From contig MU058221.1 in assembly GCA_013265495.1 (NCBI GenBank), positions 5,874,066 to 5,938,065 of the forward strand: DNA of 64,000 nucleotides, read 5' to 3'. Source of the DNA: Vicugna vicugna. Lineage: Eukaryota. The position numbers and the translations under genes were made by a program. The notes under the pieces are model-generated. The model did no database searches, was not told the DNA's origin, and saw only the letters and a list, made by a program, of their open reading frames with translations. Each line of letters begins with the position of its first letter. Position 1 is the first letter of the stretch. Shown one piece after another: positions 13,040 through 24,812 of this stretch.

Positions 13040-14080
13040 TTTGTGCAAGCTTCCGGGGCTGCCTATTGTGAAGGCTGGGTGGACTCATACGGATTGGTGA
13101 TCCGGATGAAGCTGAAGCCATTGTGGCCCAAGCCTTTAAGCACCACAGCAAACAGCCTTGAGTAATAAGCTGGAATGCTGTCCCGCAGCCTGTGAGCACA
13201 GTGTTGTGGACGCATGTTCCCACCCTGCCGAGAGCAGGACCGGGAAGAGGCTGGTGACTCCTTTACGAGCAGGCTGGTTTGGAGTGAGGAACTTGAGCAG
13301 ATTTTTGAAGTGCTTAAATGCCTTTTTTTTCCTTTAATGTTTTAATGCTTCTTTTAAAGTTCTTTTAGTCATCACTTCGCTGAAAACATAACCAGAAAAG
13401 AAGTTTCTGTTGTTAGCCAAGACATTTTCTGGCTTTTAATTATTGCCAACATAAAAAGTTATTGAAGATTTCTGCTGTAACGTGTTGACTGTTTTCAGAT
13501 ACCCATAATATTATCACAATTTAAAATAAATAATATCAACCATTGGATTCTGTGGCAAAAATTTTTGTTAGTGAATGCAAATCATGTGTTGGGTAATTTT
13601 TATCTATTTTAAGAAAGTCTAGAATTCTCTTCTGTTTAGGGTATTTTATTTAGTGTTTTTCTTAGTCTTTTGACTTTTTTCAATTTCTAAGTAAGAAAAG
13701 TCAATAAAAACAATTACTGCTTTAAACTTCTGTGTGTGTATGTTATAGCGCTAAGATTTTAAAGTGTCTAAAATTTGTTGTGAGGTAGTTGAAAGCGAAA
13801 CACATAGTACATGTTCTTGAGAAGATTGTGGTCTAGTCTGGTCATGGAAGAGTGCTTTGTGTACACATAAAAGAACTGAAAAGATCTGAGGCAGCATAAG
13901 AGAAGTTTGCATAGGATGGACTCTGCTTATTATAAAAAGTAAAGAGAAGGTCACTGTGTTCTTGATTAATCTAAGGTTTGTGGAGTTGACTTGAAAAAAT
14001 GGTTAAGATTAGAGCAGCGGAGCCATGAGATATGGTCTTCTGTGCGGCCGGAAGGGAGCTGAACAAGAGATGAGAAAACG

Positions 14081-14211
14081 GGGGGAAAGGTATAGGTCAA
14101 GTGGTAGAGCGCATGCTCAGCACCCGAGAGGTCAAGGGTTCAATTCCCTGTACCCCCTCGAAGCGGGAATCAGTGAGGAAAGCTAATTACCCCCCCCCCA
14201 AAACAGACAGT
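14081..14211 (+). mobile_element. tRNA-derived SINE (vic-1-like), copy 2, GC-shifted
   Basis: gggggaaaggtataggtcaagtggtagagcgcatgctcagc...gggttcaattccc; 18-bp TSD acaagag(a/c)tgagaaaacg at 14063-14080 and 14212-14229. Confidence 0.85.
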
Positions 14212-14454
14212 ACAAGAGCTGAGAAAACGCTTGACTCCGGTTAAAGACTCTCAGAGACTGACCTGACTGGAGCGGCTGCGCCTGCCAGGAATAGGGCAGG
14301 GTCAGGCCGGGGAAGGCGAGTGATGGAAGGCTGAAGGGTCTGATCCAAGGAGGTTGGGGAAAGGGAGGGAGCGATAAAACCGTTTGAGGATTTGCTTGCC
14401 CTCATTGCATAGGATGAAATTAGACCAAGGAGAAGTCAAGAATGGGAAAACAAT

Positions 14455-14670
14455 AACTTACTTACCGAGCAGTGACCGTGTTCCAGGTTCTGAGCTAAGA
14501 GTTTTACATACATTTATGGCGCATGATGCATGGACATTATTCCCATTTCACATAGGAGGAAACTATGATTCAGAAATATTAAGTAACATACCCCAGGTCT
14601 ACAGCGTGGAAATGGTGACTCAAGGACTGGGAAAAGGTCTTACTTAAGAGTTTGTTCCGAAGTACTGTGC
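14455..14670. mobile_element. MIR-like SINE
   Basis: cccatttcacataggaggaaactatgattcagaaatattaagtaacataccccaggtc resembles the MIR core. Confidence 0.6.
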
Positions 14671-16371
14671 TGTATTAGGAAATCATTTAGGCTGGTAATG
14701 TTTTAAGGAGGAAAATAATGGTTAAACCACACTGCCTAAGCTGATCTGCCACTAGATGGGGCATCCACACTGATGAGGCAAAATGATGGCTGTATTAAAA
14801 AAAAAAAAAGGAATGGAGTACAGCTCTAAAAAGTGAAATATAGAATATTTTAAGATAGTTCCGGGTGAGCCATTTGGAACTGCCTTTTATGTAGGTATGA
14901 CTGGGGTGTGAGAGGAGAAAAAGGTATTACTCATTAGAGTGGGTATGAGTTCAGATAAGTGCTAGCTCTCAAGTTGTGTTACTATGTTATGGATAAATCC
15001 TTATGTAGTGGAGGAGATGTTGCTGTTAATGAAGGAAGAAAGAAAATTTAAAAAACTAGAAAACTTACCCTGAGTAAGAAGAAAAAGAGCTAAGTTGAAT
15101 TCTGAAATACAGACAATTTGATTTATGTTTTGGGTGGAATTTTTAGAATTCCTGAAAAGGAATAGTTAATGACAAAGTTATTAAAAATACTGAGGCTAGA
15201 GGATGAAACAGCTTGCTTGGTCTCGCATCCAAGTTAGGCTGGATTGAGAGGGGAAACGGGCCTTATACCCATTGAGCCGTACCAGCTAATCCAGTCTGTA
15301 ATTGTATTCAAGTGATTTTAAATTAATGTGTTTATTAATGCCTCTGTTAATGTCCTTTGGTATTTTTGTTTTTCTTTACATTTGCTAAAATGAAGCTCTT
15401 TTAAATGTAGCATCAGAAGATTTGGTGGCAAGGCCTGGCTCTCAGATTCAGTAACTGTGTATTGAAGGCTTACCATGGGATAGGTAACTGATAGATAATT
15501 TCGTGTCCATTATGTAATTTGGTCCTTAGCAACACTTTGTAAGGTTGGGATTGTGGTCGGCATATGTAGAAGTGAAAACTAAGACTTTGGTTAAGTAACC
15601 TGCCTGAGATCACAGAACTAGAGAGCAAATGTGATAAAAAAGCCCAGGTTTTAAGACTTTGAGGAACCTTTCTCAACAGGAGTTCCTTGAAAGAATTAAT
15701 TCCTAGCGCCCTGAGGGGCATATACATGAATTTCTCTTCTTTGCATCTAGAATGGTAAGAGGTGTGTGTGCCATCTTCGGGAGAATTAGTAAAACAGTCA
15801 CTCAGATTTCTTTAGTTGATCAGATAAGGAGGCAGTTGGGGAAGCAGATTACCCAGCACAGAAAGGTATGGGAAAGAATTGGGAGGGGTGGGGATGCATA
15901 TGTGACAGGTGGTTAGATTGTGGGCTATTTTAAGGGTCTTAAAATCCCCGCAGAGTAGTTTGGCATATATCTGACCATGCCACGTTACTCCCCTTTGTTT
16001 ATAAAGTAAGAACTGACCAGTATGGCATCCCCCTCCCCTTCCTTAATGTCGCACAACCAACCTCTCTCTTAACTCTGAAAACTAGAGTACGCGTGCCATA
16101 CAGAGGAGAGACTGGAGCATCTGAAAAGGACACAGTGTCTGTAAGCGCTGATTACAGCGTGCGACTTAATGTGTTTTCCTGCGCAGCGTTTGCAGAGCAC
16201 CGCTGTCTGCTGTGTGCCTCAACGTGGATTATTTTATCAGAGGGCACGCACCTCATCATCAGCTTTAGTGAGTTTGCTAGTATTACCAATTTTTCCCTAA
16301 AGGATTCGTAACGACTTACTATCCTACTGAACATGTACATAACGGTTGCTATTTCCTCAGTTCTCTTACTT

Positions 16372-16513
16372 GTGGTTGGGGAGGTGGTTATTAGGTTGGT
16401 TGGTTTGTTTAATTGATTAATTTTAATGGAGGTGCTTTGCTGTGCTGGGGATTCAACCCAGGACCTCGTGCATGCTGAGCACACACTCTGCCACTGAGCT
16501 ATACCCTCCACCC
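16372..16513 (-). mobile_element. tRNA-derived SINE (vic-1-like), copy 3
   Basis: gctggggattcaacccaggacctcgtgcatgctgagcacacactctgccactgagctataccctcc; imperfect TSD tttcc(t/a)cagttct on both sides. Confidence 0.85.
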
Positions 16514-19500
16514 TGTTTCCACAGTTCTTACCTGCACTTGGTATTGGCAGACTTTTAAAAAATGTAAATCAAACAGATGGATATGAAATAGTGAACAGTT
16601 GTATTAATTTGCATCTCCTTCATCGTTTCTGAGGTTCAGTGTCTGTTTCATCTGGTGGACCATTAGCATTTTCTCCCTTTTGAATTTCTTGGTAATTGTC
16701 CATTTCTTAACCTCCTTTGGTTTCTGATCTTTTGTGGGTTGTATGTGAAGCAGATATCTTTTCCCAGCTACATGGAACCAGAATCCAGGTCTTCTTGTTC
16801 TGTGTTAAATATTCTCTGCAGTGTACCTCTCACTGCTAAATCAGATTAACTGGATGCTTGGAAGGGAAATTGATTCCTGGTAGGTGCAACAATAGCACAT
16901 TGTTGGGTTCACCTGCCATTTTTCTTCAAAAGTAGATGGAGAAGTTTAAAGAAAATTAACAGTATTAAAGAATTGGCACTTAGGAATTAAAACAAATACT
17001 TTTATCATTACTGTTGTCACTACTTGCTCAATAATTAAAATTTCATAAAATGTGTTTCAGAAATGGATTGTTTTGGGTGAACACTGAAAGTCCATCCTTT
17101 AATCTAACCAGTTTGTGAGTATGTTCATGATACGGCCAAAGAGGTATTCAGATTTCATAGTTTCATGATGGTGTTTTGTTCAAGTTACTTACTTCTGCTC
17201 TGCCTAGCTTCCAGAAACTTAATCCATCAAATATGGGAATGATGCTAAAAGGTACATGAGATGGTATACGAATCTGTGTGTCCTAGGTTCCTCTTTTTAA
17301 GCTGTGGCATCTTTTCTAGGCAGACACCCCCCTGAATGTGTGCTTTTTTGCTTTTGATTTCTTTTTGAATCCTGCCTTCACATTTAAGAACATCTTTGCA
17401 CATTTTCTTTCCTTTTTTTCCTCCTTTAAAAACATAAAAGGAAAAAGTATAGTAAGACAGAAGTGCTGATAAGCAGATGTTTCTCTTCACGAGCTACTTC
17501 TTGGCTGGTTTGCCGGGCTGCTGACTTCCTGGGCAGCCAAGCAACGAGTTTGGTCACCTAGCAACAGCGGCTGGAACTGATCCTTGCTCTGATGCAAGAA
17601 CGTGCAGTTTTAACAGAAGAAGTTCTGATACGATACCGCATTTCTTCAACTTGTTTTTACAATTTTAGCTTATATTTTTACTACATGTGAGCAGAAAATA
17701 AGCTATGAATAAAGTTTACTTGTTGACCTCAGTGATTTAAACTGAAAAATCACAATGGTAGACGGGAGCTCAGAAATGTTCATCTAATGCCTTGCTTGTT
17801 CATGCTTAGTCGTATTTTCCAAGACTAGCAAATAAGTTGCAGAACTTGAATGTAGTAGAGATACTCTGAGTGTAAGAGTGTTTGATTTTTCTTACCACGT
17901 GTGTAGTAGTGATGATATATAAAGATACATGAAGAGCCTCTTTGTGAAATTTTAAATTTGTTTCAGTGTTAGACTCTTACATCTTGAAGTTTTCCAGATG
18001 ATCAAAATTTGCTTTTTGTATATATATTAAGGAAAGATTTGAAGGGATTGTTTTGTTTGAGCAGTTACTGTCTGGTGGTAGCTATTAAAATTCTGACTTA
18101 ATGTATACTGCCAAAAAAATTATTTTAATATGGTCTGTCCTTTGAACTGACCACTGTGTCTTACAAAGTTGTTTTATTTCTTCCCTGCAGAATAGACACC
18201 TGATAAATTTACTGAGGGTGGATGGGATTGAGGGCTCATCATTAAATGAATAAGTAGAAATCTGAAGGTCGTATTTGGATTGAATGGGGTTGAGAGATCA
18301 GTGAGGCATCCTCATCAGTCTCAATGATTCTTGCTTACAGGGTGGACTCAGACCTATTTAGAGAGTCCCAGGCAGATTCCTGACTTTGTCATAAATTCTG
18401 CAATCTTCAGATACCCATCCCTTTATTCATTTGAATGGCCGTTCATCTGGGGGAATAAAATATGGGAGAGTGTGTGTGACATCAGTCCCCCTTCTGGGCC
18501 TCTGCCTTAGTCCAGTAGCATCATCATCACTTTCAGTGTTCTCATTGTCCTGGGAGCATAAAGATACAGTCATTTGCTTAAAAGTATTGATGAATTGTTA
18601 CGAAATCATCTCAACAGGCAGAATCTGATAAGCAGGTAGGAAATTAGAGAACTTTATTGAAGCAGTTCTGACTTTTCTTCAGTGCTGGATTCAGTCTATG
18701 CAGTATGGGCGTCTAGGTACTCTGTGTGATTTACATTCTTCAGGCCAAGCAAGAGGTCTATAAAAAGAAAATGAATAAAAATTAAGGCGCTGAGAGTAAT
18801 TTTGCTTTTTTGTTTCTGTGCGAGTAATCCCAAATGTTAATGTGTATATTTAGTTTTAGGCTACTGACTTGACATCTAAGAATAGATAGCTCTTTAAAGA
18901 AAAACGGGCTGAATTTTGGAGAGGCGAGCTCTCCTGCGCTGTAGTGACTGCAGATGGTTGGTGGTTTGCAGTTTCTGTTGCAGGCTGCTTACTGCCTGTC
19001 CTTGTATGTGCTGTAAAATAGCCCTGTGTTGCTTGGACTGTATTTAAGCAGTGATTCACTGAGACTGTAATTTCAGTTAAATCTAAATGATCTCATCTAG
19101 TTAAATTTATGGGTTTGGAATAAAAAAAAAGGAAATGTAAGAGTTTTATCAGGGGGTACTGCCTTTGTCCCTGAGAACAGAAACTAATATAAGTTCAGAC
19201 TGCGTTGAGATGGAGGTGCGAGAAAACGGAGGGAGGAGAGCATGGGATTGCCCGTGTTCTGTGGGTGGTCGCAGGGCCCGTTCCTGTTCCCCGCGCCGGG
19301 GCTGGAGGCCGTCTCCTGCAGCTCCCCGTCCACGTCCGGCGCCCCGTGCTGGGTTTTAGCTGCACTGCATCCAGGCTGAGGGGTGTTGGGGGAGGAGAGT
19401 AGTCGGCTCACCACCGGTTCTTTGCCTTCCTCCCCAGTCCGCTTACTCCTGTTCACTTTTCAGTTTCCTCGGGTAGCTAGTCCTTTCAGGCCTGATTCGG

Positions 19501-19909
19501 TAACCGCATTCAGTGGGGGAGACGGGGTGGGATGTGCTTTCTCTGTCTTACCAGAACCCGAACCCTCAACACTTGTGCTGTATCGAATCTTTTAGCTTTT
19601 GCTATGAAAGGAATGTTTGCTCTTTGCGTGGAGAGTGGTAGTCTCCAGTGATAATCTTTGCTAATACTTTAGTGTATATATTCTTCCAGATTTTTCCCAT
19701 AAGCATTTCCACGTTTATTTTTTTGTTGTTATTTTCATTTTTTTTTTAAGCAGAAATGGGGCCATAATTTTGTAGAAGTTGCTGTTTTTCACTTTAGGTG
19801 TTTTGGACATTCCTCCATGTTAGTAAATACAGAGCAACGAAGCTCGCTTTGTAATTGTAAATAGTAATGCCAGCGTAGTAGCAGCTACATTTATTTAACC
19901 ACTAAGGGA

Positions 19910-20345
19910 GTCTGTTCATTTGCCAGGGTTGCTGTAGCCTGGTGTCCCAGCCTGCCTCCTTGTGTCATTACGTGGTGGCTTCATCTGCTTGGGCTGCTGC
20001 AACAAAATTCCAGAGAGAGACAGGAGCACCAGGCTTACCAGACTAAGGCCCCACCCTTATGACTTAATTTAACCTTTATTGCCTTCTCCCAGACTCTGTC
20101 TCCAAATATAGTCACACTGGTTGTTAGGGCTTCAACGTAAGAATTTGCAGGGGTGGGTGAGCGGAAACACAGGCATCTGGTCTGTAGCACACGGTTTTCC
20201 CTCTGTACCTGTCTGTGTCCTCATTTCGTCTTTTTATAGGGATACCAGTCGTGGTGGATTAGGGTTCACCCTGATGGCCTCATTTTGTAAGGCACTGGAG
20301 TTAGGGCCTCAGCGCAGGAATTGTGAGAGGAAGCGGTTCAATCTG
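19910..20345 (-). mobile_element. MLT1-family (MaLR) LTR fragments
   Basis: ctgcttgggctgctgcaacaaaattccaga; ggccccacccttatgacttaatttaacc; tctccaaatatagtcacactgg...ttagggcttcaac; a second similar segment at ~20200-20340. Confidence 0.65.
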
Positions 20346-20552
20346 TGGAGGGAGGGGCTGTTAATTTCTCCACTTATGTAAGGAAGCAGAAGCTCGAGGA
20401 CCTTAAGTGATTTGGCCACGGTCACGTAGCTAGTAAGATAAAACCAGGATTCAGACCTGGGGAGATTGGCCCCAGAGCCTGCTCTCTTACCCACCTGGCC
20501 ATCCTCCTGTTCCCCACCCCACCTTGGCACTGCAGCTGTTAGGATGGACCGT

Positions 20553-21022
20553 GGATTGTTTAATACCCTTTGTTGGACATAATGGGTTTTCCCCCCCTAC
20601 TAGACAGTGATGCATTGAACATGGTTTTACCTCCGAAAGTATTGCCATTGTACAACGCCTAGACATCAATTTGTTGACAGAAGTTGTTATTAAATTTATT
20701 TTTCCAAGATGCCCTCAAAATGTGTTTATTTACTCTTTCGGCAGTAATCATTGAGTGACAGGTTTTAGGAAACCATTTCCTGACGTAGGATTGTTTAATA
20801 CCCTTTGTTGGACATAATGGGTTTCCCCCCCTACTAGACAGTGATGCATTGAACATGGTTTTACCTCCGAAAGTATTGCCGTTGTACAACGCCTAGACAT
20901 CAATTTGTTGACAGAAGTTGTTATTAAATTTATTTTTCCAAGATGCCCTCAAAATGTGTTTATTTACTCTTTCGGCAGTAATCATTGAGAGTGACAGGTT
21001 TTAGGAAACCATTTCCTGACGT
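20553..21022. repeat. Tandem duplication, 234 + 235 bp
   Basis: ggattgtttaataccctttgttgg...ccatttcctgacgt at 20553-20786 and 20788-21022, with three differences. Confidence 0.97.
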
Positions 21023-21162
21023 GGGCAACAGAAATCGGAATGGGTACTTACTGGAGGTGCCTCGGCGTGAAACGCAGGCCGTTCTTTCTGTTAAGCAGGC
21101 GAGGTGAATACAGAGTGATCTATCCTGGTCAATTCATGATTCACTTTCTTTCTTTTTTCCAG

Positions 21163-21297
21163 AATTTTGATTCTGACATTAGCAGCGTGGGGATAGATGG
21201 CTGCTGGCAGGCGGATAGCCAGAGGCTCCTCAACGAGGTGATGGTGGAGCACTTCTTCCGACAGGGAATGCTGGACGTGGCCGAGGAGCTCTGCCAG
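21163..21297 (+). CDS. RMND5A: RMND5A coding exon 3 (135 nt; LisH region)
   Basis: ttttttccag|AAT TTT GAT...TGC CAG|gtgacg; [45 protein letters not shown]. Confidence 0.97.
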
Positions 21298-21653
21298 GTG
21301 ACGTGTGTCCGCCGGGCGGGGGCGGGACGCAAACAGGGGCGTTCCTCGCGGCTCTTAAGTCTTCTAGCCACAGATAGATTTTTAGTATTAAGCATCAGGG
21401 CTGACCTCATTTGATTAAGAAATCTTTTTTTTTTTTAATAAATCGGTGAAAATGATAGTCCTAGAACTTGTTATTCAAATTATTTCCTTATTCCTGCCCA
21501 GGACATTGGTCCCGGGTTATCAATAGGATCAGAAGTGATGCAACTTTTTCAAACATTTCCTCTTTTGATAGGGAGGTTTAGTATAGCAGAGAAGAAAAAA
21601 GGACAAAGAGGTTTATGTTTGTTCTTCTGATCTGGCCCAGCTTAAAGAATTTT

Positions 21654-21697
21654 TATTGGAGTGAAGATAGTTTACAATGTGTCAGTTTCTGGTGTAC
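21654..21697 (-). mobile_element. Very short 5'-truncated L1 3'-end insertion
   Basis: Resembles the start of the L1 tail at 56558; TSD aagaatttt at 21645-21653 and 21698-21706. Confidence 0.6.
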
Positions 21698-21819
21698 AAG
21701 AATTTTGTTTATCAAATGAATTTCAAGCTAAAACTTCAAGCTAAAGTGAGAGATATATGTCTTTTATTTCTGTTAGACAAGATAGCTCAGAACAGTTTAC
21801 CAATACCACATAGTCATAA

Positions 21820-22040
21820 CATTGGCAGCTGCCCTGTACTGAGTATTTACCACCAGCCAAGCCCTGCCTTTGTTCCTCACTGCAACCGTGTAAGAAATCA
21901 TTGCTCCTATTCTATAGATGAGGAATCTGAGGTCTGGAGAGGTAACCTGCCCAAGGCCATACGGGTTCTTAGTGGAGGAACTAAGATTCAGTTCCAATTC
22001 ATGTCTTCAAATTCTGTTCTAAGCCACTGTGTACTATTGT
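21820..22040. mobile_element. MIR-like SINE
   Basis: tatagatgaggaatctgaggtctggagaggtaacctgcccaaggcca. Confidence 0.6.
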
Positions 22041-22744
22041 ATTTTCCATTTAGAGAGATGGACCATAAGGATTAAATAATTTAAAGCCAGTCTGTAAACC
22101 AAACCTCTAATCTAAGCCTTTTCTATTTTAAACAGTTCAGATGAGCAATAGCTCAGGTCTTTCTCTGTGCATTATGGGATTTTGTGTGTGTGTTCATATA
22201 AATTTCCTGAAGTGAATTGTATTATCTAGGATTAAGTTTGTTTACAAGTAACAAAGACCCACCATGCCAATGGCTTAAACACAAATGAAGTTTGCTTCTC
22301 TTACACAGAAATAGGAGGTAGTAAGCCACCCAGAGCATGGGTGGCAGCTGTGCCCCGTGAAGCTCTTAGGACCCAGGCTCCCGTAGCTCTACTGTTTCTA
22401 AGGTGTCCCTGCCTTCCTGGTCCAGGGTAGCCAGAACCCCACTGGTCCCTTGTGTATTCCAGGAAGGGGCGAAGAGTGTATGTTTATTGTGTTTCATTGG
22501 CCAGAACTTAGATCTTGCAAAACCATGCTCAGCTTTATTCCACGTGGTATGCGCCCAGCTAAAATTTGGGGTTTTGCTGCTAAGAAGAATGATACTGAGG
22601 CCCAGTCATCAGCCTCTGTTGGAGAAGTTTGTGTTGAAAAGAAATTATCTTTAATGGCTTGCCTCATTTTATGATTTAAAGTATGCTTTTACCATATCTC
22701 TTTACTCTGATTCCTGCTAATGAAAGTTCTTTTTATTTTTTCAG

Positions 22745-22845
22745 GAATCTGGTCTTTCTGTGGACCCAAGCCAGAAAGAACCTTTTGTGGAGTTAAATCG
22801 AATATTAGAAGCATTGAAAGTCAGAGTTCTGAGACCTGCTCTGGA
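22745..22845 (+). CDS. RMND5A: RMND5A coding exon 4 (101 nt)
   Basis: tttttcag|GAA TCT GGT...CTG GA|gtgagt; [34 protein letters not shown]. Confidence 0.97.
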
Positions 22846-23386
22846 GTGAGTTACTGAGTTTGTTTTCTTTTGAATATTCTGGAGAACTCTCTGTAAGAAA
22901 ACGTAATTAGAAAACACAGAGACTTTGAGATGTATAAATATCTATCTCTCTCACCTGGGGTAGACTTCAGAGAAATCAAGGGAGAATGATTTCTTTGAGC
23001 TAAGTGAATTTGGGGAATATGCAATATGAGAAAACGGTTAGAGCTTACTTCACTTATCAGTTGGTCTGAATTCCCATGAGAGAGGAGGGTTTCCTGTATC
23101 CAGACTTTATGACCACTTTAGACTAGCATTATAACTGAAGTACTGTTGTTCACCTGGTTTGAATTTGATATTTGAACTTCCATAATGCACTGGGTTCGGT
23201 GTTAGCATTTAAAAAAAAAACAAAACATTGGCTATTGGTACTAAGTGCTATACACAAAGAGAACAAATAACGTTACAGAGTTTTGCTCTAATTACCACTG
23301 TAAAACTGAGTGATACACTGTGAACTTGTCGTTGATGTGAATTATCTGAGATCACTGGGTAAGCTCTGATAAACATCATCCTAGAG

Positions 23387-23600
23387 CAGGATTGGCAATG
23401 TTTTCCATAAAGGACCAGATAGTCAGTGTTTTAGGCTTTGCAAGACACATGAGGTCTCTGTTGCATGTTTTTCTTTATTTTATTTTACAGCCCTTTAAAA
23501 GTGTAAAAACAAAAACAAAAACAAAAAATCATCTTGGCCATCTGGCATACACACAGGCAACAAGCCATATTTGGCCCTTGGCCATAGTTTGCTGAGCCCT
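23387..23600. mobile_element. MER58-like hAT MITE
   Basis: Starts caggattggcaa and ends tttgctgagccctg (imperfect terminal inverted repeats); internal aaaggaccagatagtcagtgttttaggctttgc. Confidence 0.6.
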
Positions 23601-24681
23601 GTCCTAAACTAATGTGGGGATTATCAGGTTATTTTATTTTATTTTATTTATTTATTTTTTAGGTTTTTTGTTTTAAAAAGAAGATAAGCATGAAAGGGAG
23701 GGAGGGAGGAAGGGAAGTTACAAAATAAAAGAAAGAAGCTGGATGAAAGAGACAGTGGTATTGTTGTGAGGCTGGAGCCTTAGGATCCTGGTGTTTTAAG
23801 ACTGGAAGCATTTGTGATCATTGTCATCAGGAAAAAAAAAGTTGGAAAGATCCTTGCTGGTTTTTATAAAATGCACCCCCCCCACTAACTCACTTGATTC
23901 TTCATAGCTTTATTTTCTGTTTCTCATCATTTCTCAGTTCTTAGAAAATTTTGCAAAGTTCTAAAACCAGCTCGGATAAATAGATAGATTCCTGTTGTAA
24001 ATTTATAAATTACAAATTTCTGTATAAATTGTAAACATGAGGTAATGCATTTATTTTAATTCTTTAAAGATAAATGTTACTTAAACAGCACCATTGTGTA
24101 CTATGCATATTAATTACCTTTATAGTTCATTTGATTTTTTTTAAAGTAGATTTTATTGCAACATGCCAGTGGGATTATGTTTAATTACCTCTAACATCCC
24201 TTAAAAAATAGCAGCCACTCTTGTGTTTTCATGTTTAACCTGTGTGATTACACACCTGTAAAAGGAGAACAAAAGAGCCTAAATATAAAACTGTACCGGG
24301 TTTCCCAGTTGTTTTGTAAGTGATTTAGAAACAATGTATGAGTTGCTATTTAAGGGAGTGTTTGTATATCCATTAGATTTCTCAGGGTTTTTCATCAAAT
24401 TTTTATTGCATACTTACTATGTTACCAGGGACTGTGTGGAGTAATCGGACTGCCTTAGCCCTCAAAATACTCAAGGCTTTTTTTCCTTTTGGAATGAAGA
24501 TTCATAAGACCCTTTTAACTTTGTGCTTTTTCTATAAGATTTGGATTTCTTACTGATAACTGCGTCACATAAATCAATCATTTCTGTAAATGGTTTTTGT
24601 TATTTGTAGCCTCAAGCAGTGTCTCTCAGGCAAAAGGAGGCCTCGTTCCACCCACTTGGCAGTAGCAGTGGAAATTACTGT

Positions 24682-24812
24682 ACAGCCTGTCCCTGGGTAC
24701 CCCGAGGGATTGGGTCCAGGAACCAAAATTTGTGGATGCTCAAGTCCCTGATGTAAAATTTGGCCCTCCATATCTGCAGGTTCCACATTCGTGGATACGG
24801 AGGGCCAGTTCT
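24682..24812. mobile_element. MER2/Tigger-like MITE
   Basis: cagcctgtccctgggtacccgagggattgggtccagg...tggatacggagggccag; imperfect terminal inverted repeats with TA flanks. Confidence 0.55.

Noticed and set aside
12602..13048. 148-aa minus-strand ORF over the 80-bp duplication
   Set aside because: Non-ATG start, no domain, no splice context. The two 80-bp copies have no spacers, so this is not a CRISPR-like array
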